Positions 27,415-38,455 of a stretch of 64,000 nucleotides of DNA are shown here, one piece after another. The stretch is from assembly GCA_048500095.1 (NCBI GenBank), contig JASNYQ010000003.1:77510-141509 (forward strand), in the 5' to 3' direction. A model generated the notes under the pieces. That model worked only from the letters and a program-made list of their open reading frames with translations. It had not been told where the DNA came from and searched no databases. Numbering within the stretch: position 1 is the first letter of the stretch; the number at the start of each line of letters is the position of its first letter. The DNA is from Thermoanaerobaculia bacterium. Lineage in GTDB: Bacteria; Acidobacteriota; Thermoanaerobaculia; Multivoradales; JAGPDF01. The translations under genes were made by a program, and so were the position numbers.

Positions 27415-28824
27415 TCACTTCGAGACGGCTTCGGCGGCCGCGAGCTGACGGGCCGCCTGCTCCGGCTCCGCGAGCTCGAGGTCGACGACCGCGAGCCGTC
27501 GTCCGGCCGCCGCCATCGCCTCCTCCCAGAGCCGTCGCCGCTCCTCGAGCCGGCCGGGGGCGCCGGCGCCGAGCCGGGCCCGCAGCGAGGAGGCGTCGGC
27601 GGCGAGGAGCCAGGCGGGGGAGGCGGCGCGGGCGAGGGCGCCGTGCACCTCGGGCTCGGGGGTCTGGGCGAGCGGGAAGAGGAGGATCCCGGCCGCGGCC
27701 TCCTCGCCGAGCGGCGGCAGCGCCCCCTCGCCGTACGGGAGCGGCGCGAGCCAGGCGCAGCCGGTCTCCGGCCCGTGGAGCGCCCGCAGCGCGCGCGCCA
27801 GCGCCTCCCGGGCGGCGGGCGACGGGTCGAACGAGTACGGCTGGACGAGCACCCGCAGGGGGCCGCGGGCGAGCAGGCGCCGGAAGTAGGGGGCGTCGAG
27901 GTCGAGCGGGAGGCCGCGGGCGAGCCGCGCCGCGCGGATCGACTCGACGAGCGCGAGCAGCAGGCGCGGCGCGACGACCAGGAGCGCCACCGTGGCGGCG
28001 AGCAGGTGGATCCAGGGGGCGGCGTCGCCGTCGGCCGGGGCGCGCAGCGCCGCGATCGGCCCCGTCTCGACGTCCACCAGCAGCCGCCCGGGGGCGACCA
28101 GGGCGCCGATCAGCGCCTCCGCGGCACGCGGCGAGAGGAAGGTCGACTCCCAGGTGGCGCGGTACTCGAAGGCGAGGCCGCGCAGGTAGATGCCGCCGAG
28201 CATGCCGAGCGCCAGCGCCGCCGCCGCGAGGTGGAAGAGGCGGCGCCCGCGCGCCATCACGAGCGGCGCCGCGAGCGGCCGCCAGACGTCGAGGAAGGCG
28301 GAGAGGGCGCGGCCCACGAGCCGGGCGCTGCCACCGGGGAGCACCCGGCCGATCTCTCCCGAGAGGCGCCGGACCTGGGCGAGCAGCGCCGCCGCCGGAA
28401 GCAGGCGGGCGAGGCCGCCGCCGGGCTCGAGACGGCCGCGGAGGAGCCAGCCGAGGCCCGCCGCGAGATAGACCGCGAGGTTCCAGGCGACGAGGCCGAG
28501 GAGCGGGAGCGAGAGCAGGTTGACCCGCGCGGCGGGACCCAGCGCGCTCGTCGCCAGCCCCACGGCGAGCGCGGCGAGGGCCACCCCCGCGCCGAGGCGC
28601 GGGGAGAGGCCGGCGGTGCGCCGCAGCGTGGGCAGGAAGGGGAAGCGCGAGTCGAGGGCGGCGAGCAGGGGCCGGGCCCGGCCGGCGAGGCGGGCGCCGG
28701 GGCTTCCCTCCGCCGGCGTCGCGGCGGCCGGGAGCGCGAGCTCGCCCTCGCGATCGACCTCCTCGAAAGCGCGCACGAGGAGGATCGCCCGGGCGTCCTC
28801 CTCGCGCAGCCGTGTGGTTCCCAT
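27415..28824 (-). CDS. DUF2868 domain-containing membrane protein (partner of the DUF3482 GTPase)
   Basis: 469 aa with multiple TM helices, 8 nt upstream of the GTPase gene on the same strand. The family call rests on recalled gene-pair context and overall architecture, not on a computed search. Confidence 0.7.
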   Translation of the reverse strand: MGTTRLREEDARAILLVRAFEEVDREGELALPAAATPAEGSPGARLAGRARPLLAALDSRFPFLPTLRRTAGLSPRLGAGVALAALAVGLATSALGPAARVNLLSLPLLGLVAWNLAVYLAAGLGWLLRGRLEPGGGLARLLPAAALLAQVRRLSGEIGRVLPGGSARLVGRALSAFLDVWRPLAAPLVMARGRRLFHLAAAALALGMLGGIYLRGLAFEYRATWESTFLSPRAAEALIGALVAPGRLLVDVETGPIAALRAPADGDAAPWIHLLAATVALLVVAPRLLLALVESIRAARLARGLPLDLDAPYFRRLLARGPLRVLVQPYSFDPSPAAREALARALRALHGPETGCAWLAPLPYGEGALPPLGEEAAAGILLFPLAQTPEPEVHGALARAASPAWLLAADASSLRARLGAGAPGRLEERRRLWEEAMAAAGRRLAVVDLELAEPEQAARQLAAAEAVSK

Positions 28825-28878
28825 GGGGCGATCTTACGCGGGGCAGGCAGGAAGGAAGGTCCCGGCCACCTTCCCGAA

Positions 28879-28905
28879 GGGCGCGTCGCGACGCGCCCCT
28901 ACAGG
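28879..28905. repeat. REP-like palindromic repeat, copy 1
   Basis: gggcgcgtcgcgacgcgcccctacagg. The core gggcgcgtcgcgacgcgccc is a perfect 20-nt palindrome. Confidence 0.7.
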
Positions 28906-28967
28906 TTCGGGGCACGGTTGGCGGTGGGAGCTGTCGGGACGGAACCGCGGGTGCTGGCCTCGCCCGC

Positions 28968-28998
28968 GTAGGGGCGCGTCGCGACGCGCCCCTACAGG
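28968..28998. repeat. REP-like palindromic repeat, copy 2
   Basis: gtaggggcgcgtcgcgacgcgcccctac is a perfect 28-nt palindrome (28968-28995). 27 nt are identical to copy 1 (28972-28998). It lies 11 nt downstream of the hppA stop and could act as its terminator hairpin. Confidence 0.7.
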
Positions 28999-29008
28999 GG
29001 TAGCGAGG

Positions 29009-31228
<2,220 letters not shown>

Positions 31229-31449
31229 GTGCGGTGGGCTCCCTCGGTTCGGAGGATCGCGACGGACTCCAGAAAGGCGGCGGAATTATCTCACAGCAAA
31301 CCGCGCCGGCGCGGTCCGTTCCGGCCGGCGGCGGGCCCCCCGGAGCTCCTCGGCGATGGTGTAGCATCCGGCGGTTGGCGATCGGACTCGGCGGCGCGCC
31401 GGGCGGGCCCGAGGCCCGAACCGGCGCTGGCTGCGCGCGTGGGGGCGGC

Positions 31450-33054
31450 ATGGCAGAGGATCGGCAGCAACCGGAGCAGTGGGGCACCCGCCTGGGCGTG
31501 ATCCTGGCGGTCGCCGGTTCGGCGGTGGGGCTCGGGAACTTCCTGCGCTTCCCCGGCCAGGCGGCGCAGAACGGGGGCGGGGCGTTCATGATCCCCTACT
31601 TCTGCGCCCTCCTCCTGCTCGGCATCCCGATCGGGTGGGCGGAGTGGACGATGGGCCGCTACGGCGGCCGCAAGGGGTTCCACTCCGGGCCGGCGATCCT
31701 CGGCGTCTTCGGCGGCCGCTCGGCGGGCCGCTACCTGGGCTCGATCAGCGTCCTGATCCCGCTCGCGGTCTCCTACTACTACATCTACGTCGAGTCCTGG
31801 TGCCTGGCGTACTTCTGGAAGTACCTCACCGGCGGTCTCGGCATCGACCCCACGGCCCCGGTGGCGGCCCAGGTGGCGACCTCCACCGGCTTCTTCCGCG
31901 AGTTCGTGGGGGCATCGGCCAACGGCGTGCTCGAGGCCGGGCACGGGACGACGATCTTCTTCTTCGCCCTCACCGTGGCGGTGAACCTCTTCCTCGTCTA
32001 CCGGGGCCTGAACAAGGGGATCGAGAAGTTCGTCACCTGGGCGATGCCGCTGATGGCGGCCTGCGCGCTGGTGGTGCTGGTGCGGGTACTGACCCTCGGC
32101 ACCCCGGACCCGGCCAACCCGGGCCAGAACGTGCTGGGCGGCCTCGGCTACATGTGGAACCCGGACTTCGCGGCGCTCGGGAGCTTCCAGACCTGGCTGG
32201 CCGCCGCGGGGCAGATCTTCTTCAGCCTCTCGGTGGGCTTCGGCGTGATCCTGAACTACGCCTCGTACATGAAGAAGAAGGACGACGTGGTGCTCTCGGG
32301 GCTCACCGCCTCGGCCACCAACGAGGTCTTCGAGGTCGGCTTCGGCGGCATGATCACGCTCACCGCCTCGTTCGTCTTCCTCGGCCTGTCGGGGACGATC
32401 GCCGCGGTGCAGACCGGCTCCTTCGGCCTCGGCTTCAACACCCTGCCGGTGGTCTTCGCGCAGATGGGGGCGCTCGGCAACTTCATCGGCGCCACCTGGT
32501 TCCTCATGCTCTTCCTGGCGGCCATCACCTCGTCGCTCTCGATGTACCAGCCGACGATCGCCTTCCTGCGCGAGGCGCTCGGCGTCTCGCGCAAGATGGC
32601 CACCACGGGGATGGCGCTGCTCGCGGTGGCCGGCGGCTGGCTGGTGATGTACTTCAGCCGCGAGCTGATCTTCTTCGACACCCTCGACTTCTGGGTCGGC
32701 ACTTTCCTGATCTTCATCCTCGCGGCGCTGCAGATCGTGCTCTTCTCCTGGTTCTTCGGCGCGGAGCGAGCGCTCGCGGAGGCGCACGAGGGCTCGCACA
32801 TCCGGATCCCGGGGCCGCTGCGCTTCGTCATGAAGTGGGTGACCCCGGTCTACCTGATCGTGGTCTTCGTCGGCTTCAGCGTGCAGAACCTGCGGGGCTC
32901 GCTCGCCAAGGCGATGGCGAACCCGGAGGCGCAACTGGCGCTGGGCTGGGTGCTGCTGAACCTGCTGCTGCTGCTGGTGCTGGTCTGGCGCGGAGAGCGC
33001 CGCTGGCGGGCCGCGGGCCTCGACCTCGACGGCCGCCGCCCGGCCGACGACTGA
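31450..33054 (+). CDS. Sodium-dependent transporter, neurotransmitter:sodium symporter (NSS/SNF) family
   Basis: Start at MAEDRQQPEQWGTRLGVILAVAGSAVGLGNFLRFP (ATG 31450), which is the NSS TM1 signature. 12 TM helices. Confidence 0.93.
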   Translation: MAEDRQQPEQWGTRLGVILAVAGSAVGLGNFLRFPGQAAQNGGGAFMIPYFCALLLLGIPIGWAEWTMGRYGGRKGFHSGPAILGVFGGRSAGRYLGSISVLIPLAVSYYYIYVESWCLAYFWKYLTGGLGIDPTAPVAAQVATSTGFFREFVGASANGVLEAGHGTTIFFFALTVAVNLFLVYRGLNKGIEKFVTWAMPLMAACALVVLVRVLTLGTPDPANPGQNVLGGLGYMWNPDFAALGSFQTWLAAAGQIFFSLSVGFGVILNYASYMKKKDDVVLSGLTASATNEVFEVGFGGMITLTASFVFLGLSGTIAAVQTGSFGLGFNTLPVVFAQMGALGNFIGATWFLMLFLAAITSSLSMYQPTIAFLREALGVSRKMATTGMALLAVAGGWLVMYFSRELIFFDTLDFWVGTFLIFILAALQIVLFSWFFGAERALAEAHEGSHIRIPGPLRFVMKWVTPVYLIVVFVGFSVQNLRGSLAKAMANPEAQLALGWVLLNLLLLLVLVWRGERRWRAAGLDLDGRRPADD

Positions 33055-33072
33055 GAGGGGAGGAGAGGGGAG

Positions 33073-33207
33073 ATGCGGATCAGCGGCTGGATCTTTCTCG
33101 TGCTCTCGACGGGCTTCGTCGTGGGCCTGACCGCCTGGTGCTACTACAAGGTGCTCACCCTCCCGGAAGACGGAGTCGTCAAGCCCCCCGACATGCTCGG
33201 CGGCTGA
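33073..33207 (+). CDS. Small single-TM protein downstream of the NSS transporter (MetS-like accessory subunit candidate)
   Basis: Own translation: MRISGWIFLVLSTGFVVGLTAWCYYKVLTLPEDGVVKPPDMLGG (44 aa). GGAGAGGGGAG lies directly upstream and the ORF starts 18 nt after the transporter stop. Below the ORF-track length cut-off. Confidence 0.55.
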   Translation: MRISGWIFLVLSTGFVVGLTAWCYYKVLTLPEDGVVKPPDMLGG

Positions 33208-33225
33208 GCGCGCCGCCGCATCCCG

Positions 33226-35148
33226 TCACATCCGCTCGGGCTCCTCGATCCCGAGCAGCTCGCAGAGCCCGGCGAGGGCCCGCATCGCCACCTGGAAGGC
33301 GGCCTGACGGACGGCCCGCAGCCCCGGGTCCGCCTCGTGCAGGACCGGATGGTGGTGGTAGAGGGCGTGGAAGCGCTGCGCCAGCTCGAGGGCGTGGCGG
33401 GCGACGAGCGAGAGCTCGAGCGTGGCCGCCGCCTTCTCGACCGCCTCGGTGGCGCCGGCGGCGAGGTGGACCAGCTCCCAGAGGTCGTCGCTCCAGAGCT
33501 CCTCGGGGAGCGCCGCCACCGCCGCCTCGTCGAGCGCCGCGGGGAGCCCCGCCCCGGCGAGCTTGCGTTGGATGTTGCGCCCGCGGACCAGCGAGTACTG
33601 CAGGTAGGGTCCGGTCTCCCCCTCGAACGCGAGCGCCTCGTCGAGGTCGAAGACGATGACGCGCGTGGTCGTCGCCTTGGCCATGAAGAAGCGCAGGGCC
33701 GCGGCGGCGATCTGCTCGGCGAGCCGCTGCAGCTCGGGGCGCCCGAGCTCGCGGTGGCGCTGGGCGATCTGGTCGCGCGCCTTCTCGACCAGGCGGTCGA
33801 GGAGGTCGTCGGCCTTGACGCCGATCCCCTTGCGCCCCGACATCTCGACGCTCCGGCCCTCCTCCTCGGCGACCGTCATGCCGAGCTGGCGGGCGGTCGC
33901 GGCGGAGAGCGAGACCATCTCGTAGGCGAAGTGGACCGAGCGCTCGGCGGCGTCCTGGTGTCCGAGCGCTTCCAGGCCGGCGCGGACGATCTTCTGCAGG
34001 TAGCTCTGGCGGGCGTCGATGACGTTGATCACCCGTCCGGCGCGGCCGAAGGCGGGCGGGCTCTCGGCCCCCTCCCGCGCGGTCTCCCAGAGCCCGGCCT
34101 CCATCCAGTAGCGGTAGGCGAAGTCCCTGCCGAGCAGGCCGAACTTCCAGAGCTGGTAGGCGATGTCCTTGCCGACGTAGGTCACCGTGCCATCGGAGCG
34201 GACGATCACCTTGTCGGGATCCTCCAGCCCCGCGAACTCGGCCGACTCGGCGAGCGGCATCACCCAGCAGCCTTCGTTCTTCCCCTCCGCCTCGAGCCGG
34301 ATCGCCCCGCTCTCCTGGAGCTTCCCGAAGGCGTGGTCGAAGAAGTGGAGGCCGAGGATGTCGCTCTCGTGGGTGAGCAGGTCGTAGCCGATGCCGAGCC
34401 GCGCCATGGTGCGCAGGTGGCGTCCGACGATCCGGCGGGCGATCAGGCGGGCCGCCTGCGCCCGCTCCCCTTCGCCGGCCTCGAGCGCGTGGAGCGTCTT
34501 GCGGCGCAGCTCGAGCCGCGCCGGGTCCTCCTCGTACCAGCGCCCGACCCGGGCGTAGAGGTCCCAGCAGACGTAGTCGAACGGCTCGGGGATCGCCTTG
34601 ATGTCGGCGAGCGAGGTGGGCTCGAGGTCCAGGAAGGCGACGACCACGTCGGCGAGCTGGACGCCGGTGTCGTCGATGTAGTTCTGCACCTCGACCGGGT
34701 GGCCCAGCGCGCGCAGGCAGCGCACCAGCAGGTCGCCCAGCACCGCGTTGCGCAGGTGCCCGACGTGGGCCGCCTTGTTCGGGTTGATGTTGGTGTGCTC
34801 GACGACGATCTTCTCCGCCCCCTCGGGCGCGGTCGGCAGCACCGGGGGGGCGGCCAGCAGCCGGGCGGCGAAGGCGCTGCGGGCGAGCGAGACGTTCAGG
34901 TAGCCGGCCCCCTCGACCTTGAGCGCCAGCACCCCCGCGGGCAGCTCCCAGCCCTCGGCCAGCTCCTCGGCGATCTTCCGGGGCGGGCGGCCGAGCTGCC
35001 GGGCGAGGTGGAGCGGGGCGGGGAAGGCGAGGTCGCCGAGCGAACGGCGCGGCGGCACCTCGGCGACCGGCCGGTGCTCGATGCCGAACCGGTCCCGGAT
35101 CCGGCCCGCGAGCGATGCCGAGAGGGTCTGCTTCCAGGTCGAGAGCAT
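33226..35148 (-). CDS. argS: Arginine--tRNA ligase
   Basis: 640 aa. Class I HIGH-type motif NPNKAAHVGHLRN, and a DALR anticodon-binding C-terminal domain (LALAQRFHALYHH). Confidence 0.95.
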   Translation of the reverse strand: MLSTWKQTLSASLAGRIRDRFGIEHRPVAEVPPRRSLGDLAFPAPLHLARQLGRPPRKIAEELAEGWELPAGVLALKVEGAGYLNVSLARSAFAARLLAAPPVLPTAPEGAEKIVVEHTNINPNKAAHVGHLRNAVLGDLLVRCLRALGHPVEVQNYIDDTGVQLADVVVAFLDLEPTSLADIKAIPEPFDYVCWDLYARVGRWYEEDPARLELRRKTLHALEAGEGERAQAARLIARRIVGRHLRTMARLGIGYDLLTHESDILGLHFFDHAFGKLQESGAIRLEAEGKNEGCWVMPLAESAEFAGLEDPDKVIVRSDGTVTYVGKDIAYQLWKFGLLGRDFAYRYWMEAGLWETAREGAESPPAFGRAGRVINVIDARQSYLQKIVRAGLEALGHQDAAERSVHFAYEMVSLSAATARQLGMTVAEEEGRSVEMSGRKGIGVKADDLLDRLVEKARDQIAQRHRELGRPELQRLAEQIAAAALRFFMAKATTTRVIVFDLDEALAFEGETGPYLQYSLVRGRNIQRKLAGAGLPAALDEAAVAALPEELWSDDLWELVHLAAGATEAVEKAAATLELSLVARHALELAQRFHALYHHHPVLHEADPGLRAVRQAAFQVAMRALAGLCELLGIEEPERM

Positions 35149-35282
35149 GCGGGGAGTCTACTGCAGGGGGTACCCGGCCCCCGCCTTGATATGATTCCGA
35201 TCCGTAGCGTCGGCGGCGAAGTGCCGCCCACCCGAGATCGTAACCGGGGGCCGTGGCGCCCCCCGTCAGGGGACCGCCGGCC

Positions 35283-35846
35283 ATGTCAGAAGCGATGTCC
35301 GAGAAGAGAGAACGGCGACTGGTCATCAAGCTGAACGACACCTCCCTGGAGCTCGTCGAGGGCGACATCACCGAGCAACAGGTCGAGGCGATCGTCAACC
35401 CGGCCAACGAGCAGCTGCAGCTGATCGGCGGCGTGGCCGGGGTCATCAAGGAGAACGGCGGGCCGGCGGTACAGGAGGAGTGCAACCGGATCGGCGGCAC
35501 GGCGGTGGGCACGGCGGTGATCACCGGCGCCGGCAAGATGCGCTTCAAGCACGTGATCCACGCCGTCGGACCCCGCTTCGGCGAGGGGGACGACGACCGC
35601 AAGCTGGCCTCGGCGGTGCGCGCCTCGCTCGCGCTCGCCGACCGCCACGGCCTGAAGTCGCTCGCGATACCGGCGATCTCCACCGGCAACTTCGGCTTCC
35701 CCCTCGACCGCTGCGCCCGCATCCTGCTCACCGAGGTCCATCGCTACCTGCAGGGCGGCACCAAGCTGCAGCAGGTCGTGGTGGTGCTCGCCGGCGACGA
35801 GGCCTTCACCGCCTTCACCCGCGAGCTGCGCCGCGGTTTCCGCTGA
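35283..35846 (+). CDS. Macro domain protein (ADP-ribose / O-acetyl-ADP-ribose binding or hydrolase)
   Basis: LVEGDITEQQVEAIVNPANEQLQLIGGVAGVI and AIPAISTGNFGFP motifs. ATG 35283 was chosen over the upstream alternative at 35253. Confidence 0.9.
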   Translation: MSEAMSEKRERRLVIKLNDTSLELVEGDITEQQVEAIVNPANEQLQLIGGVAGVIKENGGPAVQEECNRIGGTAVGTAVITGAGKMRFKHVIHAVGPRFGEGDDDRKLASAVRASLALADRHGLKSLAIPAISTGNFGFPLDRCARILLTEVHRYLQGGTKLQQVVVVLAGDEAFTAFTRELRRGFR

Positions 35847-35954
35847 AGGCCGGGCCCCGGGCCCCGGGGCGGCCGCCGGCACACCCGAATCCCGAGCCCT
35901 CGGCGGCGGCCCAGCGCGGCCCCGCCGGAGGGGCGTCGTCGCGGCCGGGAGGGG

Positions 35955-37172
35955 TCAGGCGCCGAACTTCTGGAGCCGCCCGGCGTGGGCCAGGAGCAGC
36001 CCGAGCAGCTCGCGCGAGGGGAAGGTGCCGAGGTGGCCCCCGATCGCCGCCGATTCGCCGAAGCTCCGGCAGTCGTCGACGAAGGCGAGCGGAGCGTGGA
36101 GGAGCAGCGGCACCGGGTGCCAGCTGTGCGCCTTCATCGGCACCGGGGTCGAGTGGTCGCCGGTCACCGCCAGCACCGTCGGGCGCAGGGCGAGCAGGCG
36201 CGGCAGCGCCGCGTCGACCTCCTCGAGGGCGGCGACCTTGGCGTCGAAGTCGCCGTCCTCCCCCGCCTGGTCGGTCTGCTTGACGTGGAGGAAGAAGAAG
36301 TCGAACCGCTCCCAGGCGGCGGCCACGGCGTCGAGAATCTCGCCGATCCGCTTGCCGCAGGGGACCACCTCCATGCCGCAGGCCGACGCCACCCCGCGGT
36401 AGAGCGGGTAACCCGCGAAGGCGCCGCAGCGCATCCGGTAGAGCTCGGGCAGCGCGGGCAGGTCGGGGAGCCGCGAGAAGCCGCGCAGCAGCACCCGGTT
36501 CGCCTTCGGCTCGTCGGCGATCGCCGCCTCGATGCGGGCGACGGCCGCGGCCACCAGCGCGGCGGTCGCCGCCCCCGCGGGCGCGCTGGCCTGCACCGGG
36601 AGCGGCGGCACGCCGAGCGCCTGCGGATCGGTGTCCGCGACCTCGGCGCCGAGCCCCTCGCCGCGGGCGAGGAGGACGAAGCGGTGCGCCTCGCCGGGGA
36701 CGAGCTCGACGCGGCCGCCCGGCAGGTCGGCGAGCGCCGCGGCCGCCCGGGCGGTGACCCGCCGGCACTCCTCGCTCGGGATCCGGCCGGCGCGGCGGTC
36801 GGTCAGGTTCCCCGCGGCGTCGGCGGTGGCGTAGTTGCCGCGCGCCGCCACGTCGCCGGGGGCGAGCTCGAGGCCGAGGCCGAGCGCCTCCAGGATGCCG
36901 CGCCCGATGTCGGCCTCGGGGCTCGCCGGGTCGTAGCCGAAGAGGGCGAGATGGCCGGGGCCGCTGCCCGGGGTCACACCGGTCGCCACCGGCACGATGC
37001 GGCCGAGCGCGCCGGTGGCGGCGAGCTCGTCGAGCACCGGCGTGCGGGCGGCCTCGAGCGGGGTGCGGAACTGGGCCGCGGTGCGCAGGTCGCCGACCCC
37101 GTCGAGGACGAGGAGGACGATCTTGCCCTCGGCGGGCTGGGCGAGGCGGGCGAGGAGCTCGTGGTGGCGCAC
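35955..37172 (-). CDS. apgM: Cofactor-independent phosphoglycerate mutase, archaeal type
   Basis: 405 aa. IVLLVLDGVGD...TPLEAARTPVLDELA...GSGPGHLALFGYDP and the C-terminal metalloenzyme motif TGDHSTP. Confidence 0.88.
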   Translation of the reverse strand: MRHHELLARLAQPAEGKIVLLVLDGVGDLRTAAQFRTPLEAARTPVLDELAATGALGRIVPVATGVTPGSGPGHLALFGYDPASPEADIGRGILEALGLGLELAPGDVAARGNYATADAAGNLTDRRAGRIPSEECRRVTARAAAALADLPGGRVELVPGEAHRFVLLARGEGLGAEVADTDPQALGVPPLPVQASAPAGAATAALVAAAVARIEAAIADEPKANRVLLRGFSRLPDLPALPELYRMRCGAFAGYPLYRGVASACGMEVVPCGKRIGEILDAVAAAWERFDFFFLHVKQTDQAGEDGDFDAKVAALEEVDAALPRLLALRPTVLAVTGDHSTPVPMKAHSWHPVPLLLHAPLAFVDDCRSFGESAAIGGHLGTFPSRELLGLLLAHAGRLQKFGA

Positions 37173-37201
37173 GGGATAGGTCTCCGGGGTCCGGGAACGG
37201 C

Positions 37202-37621
37202 TCAGGCGACGAGGTAGGCGCTGGCGCGCACCTGGATCCGGGTCCGCGGCTCGAAGCCGTTGCCGACCAGGGCCCAGGCGCTGCGGGAGGCCATCACCGG
37301 CAGCACGATCCAGCCGTCGAACGTCTCGCCGCCGCCGTAGGGGGCGACCACCGGCTCGATCTCGGCGAGCTTCGTCCAGTGGTCCTCCTCGGGGTCGAAC
37401 GCCCCCTGCAGCTCCAGATAGGCGCGGTCGAGGTCGATCGTCTTCTGGCCCGAGGGGTGCCAGACGGAGAAGACGAACCGGACCTCGTCGAACGGCTCGG
37501 TCTCGACGTCGCCGTTGCCGTCCACGAGCAGGGGGAAGACGAAGCCGCCGCCACTGTCGGTGGCGAAGATCTCGGCGGTGGGATCGAAGTTCAGGTGAAG
37601 TGAGCGATTCGGGCGGATCAT
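37202..37621 (-). CDS. Hypothetical protein (139 aa, beta-rich, no recognisable family)
   Basis: ORF with non-shadow-like composition (MIRPNRSLHLNFDPTAEIFATDSGGGFVFPLLVDGNGDVETEPFDEVRFVFSVWHPSGQK...), between the trmH-like and apgM genes on the same strand. Confidence 0.55.
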   Translation of the reverse strand: MIRPNRSLHLNFDPTAEIFATDSGGGFVFPLLVDGNGDVETEPFDEVRFVFSVWHPSGQKTIDLDRAYLELQGAFDPEEDHWTKLAEIEPVVAPYGGGETFDGWIVLPVMASRSAWALVGNGFEPRTRIQVRASAYLVA

Positions 37622-37681
37622 GGCACCTGCGGAAGGGTGGGGGCCGGGGGTGGCCCGGGGGTCGAACGGCCGTTCAGTCTA

Positions 37682-38446
37682 TCACTCCTCCCGCGGCCGG
37701 TGGGCGAGCGCGCCGGCCGTGCGGCGGACCATCCCGCGGAGGATCCGCAGCTCGCGCGAGCTCGGCGCGGCGCGGGCGAGGAGGGCCCCGAGATCCCGCT
37801 CCACCCCGGCGTAGGTGTCGTCGCGGGCGAAGCCGGTGCGCCCGGCGAGCTCCCGGATCTGGGCGAGCAGCCCGGCGAGCTCCTCCCGCGTGGCCGGCGG
37901 CTCGCTCCGGCTGGCGGTGTTCCCGGCGCCGCCGGCGATCCAGAGCTCGTAGGTCACGAGCAGCACCGCCTGGGCGAGGTTCAGGGTCGGCTGCGCGGTG
38001 GCGCAGGGGATGCGCACCAGGGCCGAGGCGAGCGCCAGCTCCTCGGCCGTCAGCCCCGAGCGCTCGGGCCCGAAGACGAGCGCCGTGGGGGTGCCGGGCG
38101 GGTCGGCGGCGAGCAGCGCGGGCAGCTCGCGCGCGGTCGCGACCGGCACCGAGATGGCGCGATCCCGGCCGGAGGTCGTCGCCACCACGCGCCGGAAGGG
38201 GGCGAGCGCGGAGGCGAGGTCGGGCAGGCGCCGGGCGCCGTCGAGGATCGCCCCGGCGCCGACCGCGAAGGCGCGCGCGGTGGCGCCGAGCGGCGCCGCC
38301 GGCTCGACGAGCAGCAGGCTCGAGACCCCGGTGTTGGCCATCGCGCGCGCCGCGGCGCCGACGTTCCCCTCCTCCTGCGGGCGGACGAGGACGACCGCGA
38401 GGTCGGGGGCCGCGCCAATCGGGGCGAGCGAGGTCGGGGCAGACAC
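37682..38446 (-). CDS. SpoU/TrmH-family RNA 2'-O-methyltransferase (TrmJ-like)
   Basis: 254 aa. AVVLVRPQEEGNVGAAARAMANTG, LVFGPERSGLT and IPCATAQPTLNLAQAVLLVTYEL (SPOUT knot motifs). Confidence 0.88.
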   Translation of the reverse strand: MSAPTSLAPIGAAPDLAVVLVRPQEEGNVGAAARAMANTGVSSLLLVEPAAPLGATARAFAVGAGAILDGARRLPDLASALAPFRRVVATTSGRDRAISVPVATARELPALLAADPPGTPTALVFGPERSGLTAEELALASALVRIPCATAQPTLNLAQAVLLVTYELWIAGGAGNTASRSEPPATREELAGLLAQIRELAGRTGFARDDTYAGVERDLGALLARAAPSSRELRILRGMVRRTAGALAHRPREE

Positions 38447-38455
38447 CCGGGGCCC

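Noticed and set aside
28879-28998. Possible mini-CRISPR array (27-nt repeat, 66-nt spacer)
   Set aside because: There are only two copies, the repeat is a perfect palindrome of REP type, the spacer is too long, and there are no cas genes or leader.
31229-31449. Possible riboswitch (for example glycine) in the 220-nt leader of the NSS transporter
   Set aside because: I could not find the conserved glycine-riboswitch core elements or any other riboswitch consensus by eye. A covariance-model scan (Rfam cmscan) would be needed to settle it.
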